A DNA stretch of 63,276 nt, the filler included, from Lenisia limosa (lineage: Eukaryota > Protista > Breviatea): assembly GCA_001655205.1 (NCBI GenBank). It is 16 parts of 16 records of this genome, joined end to end, with 100 filler letters (N's around TTAATTAATTAA, not from the genome) between each part and the next. Parts side by side here need not be neighbours in the genome. Positions count along the whole stretch, not along the records: positions 22,249 to 27,412 come from LPNZ01011327.1; positions 27,513 to 38,052 come from LPNZ01001007.1; 14 more parts are not named here. One strand, written 5' to 3'. The notes below the pieces were generated by a model that saw nothing but the letters and a program-made list of their open reading frames with translations, searched no databases and was not told the origin of the DNA. The stretch's first letter is position 1, and each line of letters starts with the position of its first letter. Of the stretch, positions 23,725 to 34,700 are shown piece by piece. Both the position numbers and the translations under genes were made by a program.

Positions 23725-24800
23725 CTACCTCAAGGCACCACAAAAAGCTTCAGTCGAAAAGTAAGCACAACTGTTGACACCGATTGCAACCATGTTCCAG
23801 TCCTCAGCTGCTTGAACTGACTCCAGCTTTGGGGGGGAAAGAACTGGCGACTCAATGGATGAAAGAAAACAATCCTCTTGAGTCGCCAGTTCTTTTCCCC
23901 CCAAAGCTCTTTTCCCCCCAGTTCTTTTCCCCCCAAGAGGATTGTTTTCTTTCATCCATTGAATCTTCCGCCGATCTTGGCTTCGGCAGTATCGGCGGAA
24001 GAGAGTTTTGGTAAGTAGGGGTGGGTTGATGGGGCAGCCTTCNNNNNNNNNNNNNNNNNNNNNNNNNNNNNNNNNNNNNNNNNNNNNNNNNNNNNNNNNN
24101 NNNNNNNNNNNNNNNNNNNNNNNNNNNNNNNNNNNNNNNNNNNNNNNNNNNNNNNNNNNNNNNNNNNNNNNNNNNNNNNNNNNNNATGGCTTCGATAGTT
24201 GTCTTGGATTTTGAGGCAAATTTGACTTTTTTAGCGATTCGAACTCCAGCATTCCAGCATGTTAGTGAAATCACAACAGTAAATGAAAAGAAAATAGTGT
24301 GAAAATAGTTAAAACTACTAACCGATATCTAATTATCCAAAAAGTGCAGAGCTTGCTTGTGTCTTTTCCTGCCGTTGTAGATCCAAGTCTGAGGGGACTC
24401 GCTTTCTGGCTTCAGATATGATTACCTTGGCTTTTGTCTTTGAACCTCTCCCCATTGAGTCATTCTCCTGTAGCTTTCTCACAATGTCCTCGATCTTCAT
24501 TGAGATTCCCATCTAAAATTAGTCAGCAATTCTCTAATCAACAAATATACATGTAAACAATGAAGGGAAAAGTGATACGTCCCTTCGTAGTTCCAAAGAA
24601 GACAAAAACATCCTCTGACTTTTTGACAAGCTTATGATGGACAAAGCGGGTCAATGAGCGAATAAAAGTTGTTCTTGGAATCACCATTGAAAAAGAACTG
24701 TCGCAGTCCATATGGAGGAATGAAGTCATTGCTGGGCGATTTCCAATGTTGTCGATGTCAGTATAGGCTTCAATTGCTTTTTTGAGATATATATTTTGGA
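23725..24800 (-). CDS. Hypothetical multi-exon protein with an in-frame 111-nt insertion
   Basis: Open blocks KKAIEAYTDIDNIGNRPAMTSFL; MGISMKIEDIVRKLQEND; RIAKKVKFASKSKTT; TLFRRYCRSQDRRKIQWMKENNPL...ESVQAAEDWNMVAIG. Confidence 0.5.
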
Positions 24801-25243
24801 GCTGGCTTTCGGCCGCTATTAGATATAGTTATTACCACAGTTTCTAAAAGTAAATAAGATGGATCAGGCAACAGCCTACTGTTCAAGAATAGAAAACCGT
24901 TTTGGTCTGAAGTCGTTGTTTAAGAGCAAAAAGGAACCAACTATCTTAAATATTCTGAAATATGAACTATATAACTGCTTAACAGAGTAAAAGAGGAAGA
25001 AAAAAAAAAAAAAAAAANNNNNNNNNNNNNNNNNNNNNNNNNNNNNNNNNNNNNNNNNNNNNNNNNNNNNNNNNNNNNNNNNNNNNNNNNNNNTGTTATT
25101 TGTACCATTTTTTTCGGTGAAGAATGGCAAAAATTGAGCAATTTTGAATTAATGATTAATGACCTAATTTAGGTTGAGCATAAATATATAATCGTGTATA
25201 TTTACTCTTTATTTTTTTATTTCCTTTTTATTACCCCTCCCAG

Positions 25244-27204
25244 ACCGCTAAACTATTGGAGCAGCACCGAACAACCGGTGACCCCACGAAACACCCCATC
25301 ACTATGTCCCCTCTGATGGTATGGATATTGAATGGAAGGGTTCCCCCTGCAAAACACTTTCCATTCACAAACCCTCATAAGAAGTATCTTTTAAATTTGA
25401 ACATCTCTTCCCTAGAAACGTAAATAATTTGATGTTTATCAACTATCCTCAAACCATTTGTATTCTCTTGTTCAAAAAAAAAAATCAAATAACTGTTTGG
25501 ATGAACGATGAGCTAAACAGAACTGGGCAAAACAACCCGAAAGGGCTCAGTACCGAGTTTTAATACCCCCCAGGTTGGATACGGAAGTGGCGAGATAGGC
25601 CNNNNNNNNNNNNNNNNNNNNNNNNNNNNNNNNNNNNNNNNNNNNNNNNNNNNNNNNNNNNNNNNNNNNNNNNNNNNNNNNNNNNNNNNNNCTTCAGGTC
25701 TGTTGGGTTGTTGTTGTTGGTTTTTGTTATTTTACGTTTATCATCACCATTGTTATTTTTCGTTTATTATTGTTATTATTAATATTTTTGTTGTTGGTGG
25801 TGGTGTTTATAGTTTTTTATCATTACTATTATTATCAGAGTTGATTTAAGGTTTATTTATTTCATCAATTTTCCAATTTACCCCCCCCCCTCCCAACCTC
25901 CACATTAAGCATTGTAAATCCTTAAGCATCTGTTTCACTCTTCAGGCTCATGCATCTGTCATTTTGGCCATTGCCCGTGCACCTTGGTTGGTTGGGGGTA
26001 GTCTTCTTCTTCTTCTTCTTCTTCTTATGATTACCCTCGTATGTTGCTAAACAGAGTTGATTTGGTGTTTTTTTTTTTTTTTTTTTNNNNNNNNNNNNNN
26101 NNNNNNNNNNNNNNNNNNNNNNNNNNNNNNNNNNNNNNNNNNNNNNNNNNNNNNNNNNNNNNNNNNNNNNNNNNNNNNNNNNNNNNNNNNNNNNNNNNNN
26201 NNNNNNNNNNNNNNNNNNNNNNNNNNNNNNNNNNNNNNNNNNNNNNNNNNNNCTCAAACGACGGAATGATTGTCCTTTGGGCGGTTCCTTCAAAACTCTC
26301 CATTCTCTCTAAACGTAGTGGTTTGTGCGGTTAAAGATTACAATCACTTACCAAAAATATGATATTAGAAGTATTACATATATGCATGTTATACAGTGAC
26401 CGGGATAAGTCTTCTTGATTTTCCAATGAAATCGTTCAAGACTTATCCCGGTCACTGTACATACTATGTCCGCGATAAATCCTGACACAACTGACTAAAG
26501 ATAAAACTAAGTATTTTTAAAAAAAGAGAAAAAAATATATTCAAACTCGGTATCCGATAATATCCCCAATTGCACTAACTGACGTCCTTTAATCCGGCCA
26601 TTCTCCCCAATGAGTCTCACTGTTTAGTTTCTGATGACACGTCCTCTTGCCCTGCCCAATGTAAGCACCTGAGAATATTGTTAGTGTTTTGATTATCTAT
26701 CAGAGGATTCCCTCCCATCCAGGCTTATTTAGTCATTTATTTGTAAATTGTCTCTAAGAACTCCCCTCCCCCTCTACCTAGTTCCTTTTATATATTTCCC
26801 ATAATCCATGCTGGCCTAGGTTTTGTTTGTTTTGTTATTAACTCTCGTGTGTTGTCAGCCAACAGNNNNNNNNNNNNNNNNNNNNNNNNNNNNNNNNNNN
26901 NNNNNNNNNNNNNNNNNNNNNNNNNNNNNNNNNNNNNNNNNNNNNNNNNGATGTTGTTGTTTTACTCAGAGGCTCCCTGATCTTTTTTGCCACTGTAGGG
27001 GCAAAGATATTGTTCTTCAAATATCTATATTTTTTTATTCCTCTTTTTTTCCCCGATTTATTACTAACAAATTCCCTTTTGCCATTATTGTACTGTTTCC
27101 AATTGGGATTTTATTTGTTTCCAAGTTGGGATTTTACTTTTCAGGACAACGGGTGTGTATGCGTCTGGCGCTGCGACCCGTATTTACCCGACCCCTTTAT
27201 TCAG
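25244..27204 (+). CDS. WD40-repeat protein fragment
   Basis: WD-like strands VGYGSGEIG, SNDGMIVLWAV and DNGCVCVWRC in separate exons. Confidence 0.6.
26394..26457. mobile_element. Tc1/mariner-type MITE family B
   Basis: TA|CAGTGACCGGGATAAGTCTT...AAGACTTATCCCGGTCACTG|TA; 20-bp perfect TIR. Confidence 0.92.
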
Positions 27205-27298
27205 GTGGGGGGTCCTGTTTGGGATGAGTGGTTTTTTGATGGTTGACTTGAGAGGGTGGGTAATGTTACTACTACCCCCTTAAATGTGACATTCTCTG

Positions 27299-27400
27299 CG
27301 TGATGGGATGCGGTGCTGCAGAAGCCACTGGCCTGGGCTTTGTTTTGTTATGTTGCTATCAACCCTCGTGTGTTGTCAGCCAACATAGTTGATTTGGGTT
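27299..27400 (+). repeat. Dispersed repeat family D, near full length
   Basis: GTGATGGGATGCGGTGCTGCAGAAGCCACTGGCCTGGGCTTTG...GTGTTGTCAGCCAACATAGTTGATTTGGGTTTTTTTTG. Confidence 0.85.
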
Positions 27401-27512
27401 TTTTTTGATTCANNNNNNNNNNNNNNNNNNNNNNNNNNNNNNNNNNNNNNNNNNNNTTAATTAATTAANNNNNNNNNNNNNNNNNNNNNNNNNNNNNNNN
27501 NNNNNNNNNNNN

Positions 27513-28139
27513 TCAGAAGCTTCATAGAGGATAATCTTTGCTGGTTGAATTTCTCCATTAATATCGATTGTAGATATACCTGCCAAATAGAAGCCATTAT
27601 CCCTAGATGGAGTTGTTACTAATCACCATGAACATAGGTACAAACACAGTAACTAGCAATGTGGTATCGCGTTATCCAACTCACATCAGACCCCCGTATC
27701 CAACTCACATCAGACCCCCGTATCCAACTCACATCAGACCCCCCGTACATTAAAGTAGCCAGCCTGGGTGAGCTGGCCCGATCAAGGAGACCAAAGGAGC
27801 TGAGGACAGCAAGGAGGGCTGCCGAGCCTCCTGATTCAAACGCCGCTTGTAGCGCCGCTGTCATGGCTCTTTCGCCAAGATAAGCTCTATCTTCGGCTTG
27901 CGTGGGGTAGGCAGGATGATTTTCAGAGGGAGGAGGAAGCGTAATGTTGAACGGTTTAAGAAGGGTAGGTAGGAGATCTTGGGAGTGGGAAGGGTTTTCG
28001 TCAAGGGTGTCCCAAACTTTCGCTGCATCAATGATACATTGTTCAAACTTGCGGAGGAGGAGCGCCTGTTCGCGTTAGAAAGACCACATTTCCGAAAACT
28101 TACCTCCTCAGCTGGAATTAGGGAAACGTTTTCCGACAT
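27513..28139 (-). CDS. Hypothetical protein, 5' part
   Basis: MSENVSLIPAEE, then a 38-nt GTAAGT..CTAAC..CAG intron (28103-28066), then ALLLRKFEQCIIDAAKVWDTLDENPS...LATLMYGGSD|gtgagt. Confidence 0.75.
27673..27744 (-). repeat. 24-bp x3 tandem repeat of an exon end plus GTGAGT donor
   Basis: TATCCAACTCACATCAGACCCCCG x3 on the + strand. Confidence 0.92.
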
Positions 28140-28276
28140 TATTATTGTTTAGTGTTTTGTTATAAACATTTCATTCAGACTTAAATATGAAAACAATAAA
28201 TAAAACCTGGGGTTACGCACTACAATATCCTATTTGGAACATATAAGAAGTAATTTGACTTCCAAGTCTGTTGATT

Positions 28277-28349
28277 TCTGGGATAACTCAGTCGGTAGAG
28301 TGGTGGTCTTATGAGCCACAGGTCGCGGGTTCGAGCCCCGCTCTCAGAA
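28277..28349 (+). tRNA. tRNA-Ile (anticodon UAU), intronless
   Basis: 73-nt cloverleaf: acceptor TCTGGGA/TCTCAGA, D stem ACTC/GAGT, anticodon stem GTGGT/GCCAC with loop CTTATGA, T arm GCGGG-TTCGAGC-CCCGC; T-rich tract downstream. Confidence 0.95.
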
Positions 28350-28746
28350 AACTTTCCTTCTTTTTTATTTTTTCTTTCTTTTCTTTTTCTTTAAAGTGAA
28401 TGCACTATTTTTTTTAGGTATATCTGCAAATGTTAATATAAAGTTGATTTTTTTTTTTTAAGGGAGGTGTAAGGTGAACTAGAGACTAGTGCGTCAACTG
28501 TTTTCTCGGGTAGCCTTAATTAGTAATGAAAAGTGCTGTTATATGTTTAATATTGTATTTGGTGCTGATATCCTTTAAATGTGAAGGTTTGTTGAGTTTC
28601 ACTTTTTTGGTATGGACAATTTTTTCTGATGTAAGTCTTACTATCAGTCTTCTCCCCACTGTTTAATTAAAAGATTGTAAATAAATTGTATTACCTTGGG
28701 AAATATTCCCATTAACTGCTTGTGTGTTATTTTTACACACTGACAG

Positions 28747-31700
28747 GGCTTTCTCAAGTTGGGTTCCTTGGAGGCGCAACTAAGAGGACCGCAAGATACG
28801 CTTATTCAATATCCCCAATCAGAACAAATGACATCAGTAACAGCACTCAGGTATGTGCTTGCGTATTACGTGTGTTTGTGTGAATATTTCAAAAATGAAT
28901 CTGAATAATTGTCAACTTATTTCAAGGGTATCCATTCTTCACTTAGCAAGTGAGAAACAAAAAGCATTATTCCCCCACCCCGTCTTCTTGAATCCAATTT
29001 TCTTTAGTTGTTGGTTCACGGGGGGCTGAGAGGCTCACACTGCACGTTTGCTGACTCCTTTGTAATCAATGGTGGGACTGGTTACAAGCTTCTGAAGTGC
29101 TAAAGTAGCCATTGCTCAGAGTTTTCCGTTGCATTATCATAGGAGATTTCTCAGCTGTATATTTTTCATATCATAAGATATATGATGTAGTATATATTAT
29201 CTCTGGTTCTCCATTACCATCTTATCAGGAACCTCCGTGCAATATGCCGCCAAGCCCAATGTGACGGAGTGCACGGAGCCGGACTTGGGGACTTTGAACA
29301 TCACACTGACAATGACTGAGGGGCTTTCCAACCCCCCGTTGTTTTTTCACAAAGCCTTAGAGTAGGTTCATGGTATCTGTCCTCTTTTGATGCTGCTTTA
29401 TCGACTTGACATGATATTTCAGACTCAACCAACAGTGGACCCTCTTTATTTCAGGCCAACACTCATGGTGGGTTTGAGCAAACTGTTTCAGGAGGAATCC
29501 ACATAGCATACTGTTTAGAAATATCAGTTGAGAGATTACTTTTATTACATTCTACAATAGCTTTTACAATAATTCAGTTTGATACTAATATCAGTTGACA
29601 CATCCCATTGCATTGTCAGATTTAACCCAGCAAGGGGGGTATTGGCGTCATCGTATCTACGTAACACCGAAACTGGATGCTGGTACCTTGTTCAAACTGA
29701 CGAAGCGCTCAAAAGGTTGTCAAATATCCAATTGCCTCAGACATGAGAAGTTGACAACTCCAGGTACCTTGCCTCTCTCATTGAGTTTGATGACACTGTG
29801 GTGTTGGTTGGCGGTCGGACACCACAGGCGATTATATCGTCATCTGATGTTCTCGACAAGGTTGCAGGAACATCTCGTCTGCTGTCACAAATTATCAAAT
29901 CTGTAGATAGATTATCAATACTATCGTATTTATGAAAAGCAAATATCCAGTAATATACATGTATATATATAGCAATGAGAATAAAAGAATAAAAATGTTT
30001 TTGGCCGAAGCCGTCCTATAATACAGCTACGTACATATTATACCTATGATGGGATTTTGGTTAATAAGAACAAATCACCACTGTTTGTGTAAGATTAATT
30101 CTATTCGAGAAAATGGGCCTTGATTGAAGTTCCTCTCAAGAAAATTGTAACACTTTAGAACTCGCTTAAAAGGATCTCAACATCTATTCGAACCCCCTCT
30201 CAGACTTGTCCAACAGTAGGCAGTTATTATAGGACTGATATATTGTGTATTGTGGAATAGCATGTCACTTTCATCGTTTCTGTACATGATCCGTTTTAGG
30301 CAGACTGTGACCCGTTTTTATCGACTGCGGTGCAGTGCAAGTCGACAGTTCGCATAGCAATAGCTACAGAACACAAGGATGCTCCATCGTCTTGCTTCGT
30401 CTGCTATATCAGACCATGTGACCACGAAGGTATTCGGGAAATTACCGCTGTTTAATAACAAATATGCCTGCATAAAACTCAACTCAATTTGTATGCTGCA
30501 ATTTTGAGTTTTAATGACAGGCTATATTGACCCCACAGACAGCCTAGAGTGGTGCGCATGTTGCGGCGGCCCGGGCCTTGGTTCCGCTCCAGTGTCACCG
30601 TTCACCCCGATGCAATCCACTTGCCATGTTCTCGATAGCGTTACTTCCATCTTTCCGTGTATGTGGGGCAATTTTGACGTTTGGATTGTGTCTTTGTTGC
30701 AATATACTTGAGTTATGAAGGAGGAGTAATTATTTTGTTTCTGTTGGGAATTTTGGATAAGTTCATCTAAAGTTTGGAGTATCAATTTTGCTTCCAACTA
30801 AATCAGGAATTTTTTACAACGCATTCCTTCTGATAGCTCTACTGATTGACAACTTGGGTTTAACGATAACGATGCAGTTGGTAACTTCACGCAACAACCA
30901 CTGGGTAAACCTGAGAAGGCCTCAGACAGGCTTCCTTCTGATGCAGTCGGTGCCTGCTTCTCTGCTAACAGACCTGGTTGGCGCGGTAATAATTGCAATA
31001 GTATTGTAGAATGGTGTTCTTGTCCAAAGATACTCAAAATATATGTACATGTATATATATCCCATGTATTCAACAGAGATTGACCTTTCTAGGAGACAAC
31101 ATTGTGGACAGTTCCCCATCAAACCCCTTTGGAATCACCTATGACGCCAATATCCCCCCTGAACATGAGGTTTGTGAAGGTATAAAGTTGACACCTTGTT
31201 TCTGATGGCAATTGATGTCTCCTCTCGAAATCTTAGAGAACCAAATTTTTGCAGTAAATTGATGAATGAAGATTATTGTGAGAATAATGGATTACTGATT
31301 TTGTTACCTGACTTGAATCACAAACTCCAAATGACACTTTACTTTCATTGATCAGTTTCGTGCGTTTGGATAATCAAAGGTGCAATTCAATATCCCTTTT
31401 TGTTGTATGACAATATCAATCCGCGATACCAAAGTCTCATTATAACCTCCATTATTAACCTGTTACAGATCTGCGGACTTGGTCAAGCCAGACCATGGCT
31501 ACACTCCTTTAATTCGGGCACTCCGAAAACAGCTAATGACACTATCAATAACATCTGCTGTCACTCATGCAAACAGGTGCGTGGTGGTATGGTGTGGTGA
31601 CAACTAGCGTGGTGGGGAAGAGTGCCACATGAAAAATGGTCAATTAACATCCTGTTAGATGATGCAATCGGTGGAAGATTCTCCTTTTGAACTATGCTGC

Positions 31701-34700
31701 TGCGCCTGTGGACAGGTGAGCAACGCACATAATTTTGGTTCATTTGAGTTAGTTGTTTTCCAGGATTTCTACAATTTCTATATTGCAGTCTAGAATCGCA
31801 ACATACAACTCTAATAACACCATGTAGCGCTGTAGAGAATCACGAAATGTTCTCCCACCCATATTTGCAGCAGCATCAACAACTGTCCGCTCTCGTCTTC
31901 CTTCAGGTTAGTCGGACGGTTGTGTACTTTGAGAAAAACAACAGTTGTTCATGAATTAATATTTCGAAGCTAAAGATTAATTTCAAAATTTGCTTGAATT
32001 TTAACACTGCTGCCGTAATAATAATTGCGCCCTATCAGATAGCGAGGTGAAAGACATCATAGACAAACTGCAGTTTAATGAGCTGAACGTGGACTCATCC
32101 GGAGCATACCTCAACCCAAGTAGTGGTAATTCAGGGCTGTGGAAGTTTTTGCATTCAAAGTGACCTGAAAGTAAATGACCACCAGGTATGCCGATAACGC
32201 CATCAAATGGCACGGCCCCTATCGGTATTCTCTTTGGTGGTGGTGTGCCTCTCAATAGCCATCTTACTCCCTCAAATCAGATCTATGCGTTATGGACAAG
32301 GTATGAAGAAATCTTATTTTGAGTGATATATTGTTTGAAGTTGTAAACGACTTACAATTGGAAATATGTACATGTATAACAACACAGAGCTGAGGCAAAT
32401 TCTACATTAGAGCAAGTGTGGATACCCGTTACTTCGGTGCCTGCTGATGGACTTGATGATGATAATGTGTTAGCTTATGACAACTGTGTTTATCAATATC
32501 ATCAATTCTTGAGCATTTGCCCTCACCATCAGTCCGCCCCAAATGCTATCCGGCCATTTCGTAAACCATCCTAACGACTCGTCAAAGGCTATTCTAATTG
32601 GGGGCGAAAACACCACTATGCAGTTGGTTGGTATCTTCTTAGTGGTAGTGGCATGTAAATGTGTAGTTATTTGGTTATCTAAGAACAAGCTCCCATTGTG
32701 TTCAAAAAATTGTTGTTTACCTTTGTTAAATATTTCTACACTCCCTTTACCCCCAGTTTCCATGAAGTCTATGTGATGCATCTCGAATCTCTCGCAAGCC
32801 CTGCAAAATGGACCAAATTACAAACAGTTAACCCGCCAACTGCAGAGTTCCTCATATCTGGTGAGCAGCAACTGAGGATGGAGATGTGGCCTTTTTGTCC
32901 CTAATAATCAACTGGACTTGGCTTTATTGCTTGCGGCAGGGATCTTCATTTTTTATTGTCCCCTTTGGATTTTGATGTTGGAACTCTTTATAATAATTAA
33001 CCCCCAAGTCATTTATTTGGCCACTAGTGTTGAATTTTATTCAACAAAAGTCAAGGCACAGCTCATCCCACAGGGGTCTATCTTGAAGGTAGCGTTATTG
33101 TGGTCTTGACGTCTATGGCGGATCTGACGCGACAATCCAGCGTGCTGAAGTTGGACACATCAACCTGGACCTGGAGCAGCATGCCTGGTAGGCCTTGATA
33201 GATCCTATATAAAGAGGAGAAATGGCCATTTGTGAGCCTCATAACATTACAAGGATCAATTGAAAGTAGTATATTTAACACTTGCAGAGAAAGAGGAAAA
33301 CGCCGCAACAGCCCAAACACTGCACTTCAGTACAGTTGTCGATGGCAGGGTGATTAACATTGGCGGCCATGATGGTGGGTGGTATACACTGGAGGTTATG
33401 ATGGAAGTTCATAGAACAGGATAATAGTTTTGAATCTTCATTTATACCATTAAAAGCACATGTGTTCTATTCCCTTACACAATGAGAATAATGAGATGTA
33501 ACTTGTCGTTCCCCAGGCTGTATAGTCTTGGAACAGACCAGTGACTTTGACCTTAATGAGGGCATATGGGTGGGCGGCATAGCTTCAACTCCTCCTCAGC
33601 CTACTGACCGTCCAAGTGGGAGGGTTCCTGTTTTGGGAGTATTTTGACCAATACAAGAAGTAACAAGAAACAATTACATTGATTTGTAATCTTGTGAGGT
33701 GACTCAGTTATTGTGTCAGGAGTTTGACTCACAAAGTGTTGTATTCATCATAGCGTTTCATCCCCCCTTACTTAACTCACCGTTTAGTATTTACCAACAG
33801 CACCGTCAATATGGGATGGATGGTTCGTTTCAATGGTTATTGTCTGTTCTAACACTCAAAAAATATAATCACAAAGCGTTACATGACAAAAGCAACAGAA
33901 TAGCATATTTCGCAACTTTTGGACAATTGGATCTTAACCCCCAGGTATCTGGCCCGCGACCCCTGCCAGGCCACAGCCGAGCGGGAGTGGCAATACCCTT
34001 CACCCACCCCTGGAACCCCGTTCCTCAAACCAATCAGGTGGGACTTAGCCTTATTATCATGTTCAATACTTGTGCTTGTGTAGAATAATTGGATTCTTTT
34101 GATAGATCGAACATTGCCCAGTGTTTATCATTTTTGTCAGCTCGGTGCATTATCCGCCATCATCGTGCTCAATGGGGGTGTTAACCAGGACGCTGGTAGG
34201 GAAACAATAATTGTGAGACATTATTCATAATTGCTGAAAGTAATAATTACTTTCAATTGATATGACATGTGATCGTGATTTTCATGCACATCTTCCCAAG
34301 GAATTTGTGCACATATTATACTATGACATTTACAAGTGTGTCAAAATGGCATATCTAACAGTCAGGCCTGTTCCCAATGGATCGGATCTACACTGGAGCC
34401 ATACGGGCGAAATCAGCATGCCCGTCCTCGCAGACCATGTGCGTGCCTTGGGGTGGCGTTATCGACGCTCCTGAAGTGGACGAGAATTTGGAGTAGGAGA
34501 GACGTTGGAAGACACTCTTACATTATGAAGAAAATAATATCTAAATAAAAATACCTTTGATTCATTAAATATGACCCACTAGAAAATGTGAATATTATAA
34601 AATGCCTTATAACCAAGACCGTTTTTTACAATGGGCTCAGTAAAATCATATCTATTTTTCCAAGTAACTTTCTACAGGATTGCTGAGGTGGCACTTGCCT

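Noticed and set aside
27850-27900. EDRAYLGERAM as an RNase III signature
   Set aside because: Only loose similarity to ERLEFLGD and no other RNase III motifs; left as hypothetical.
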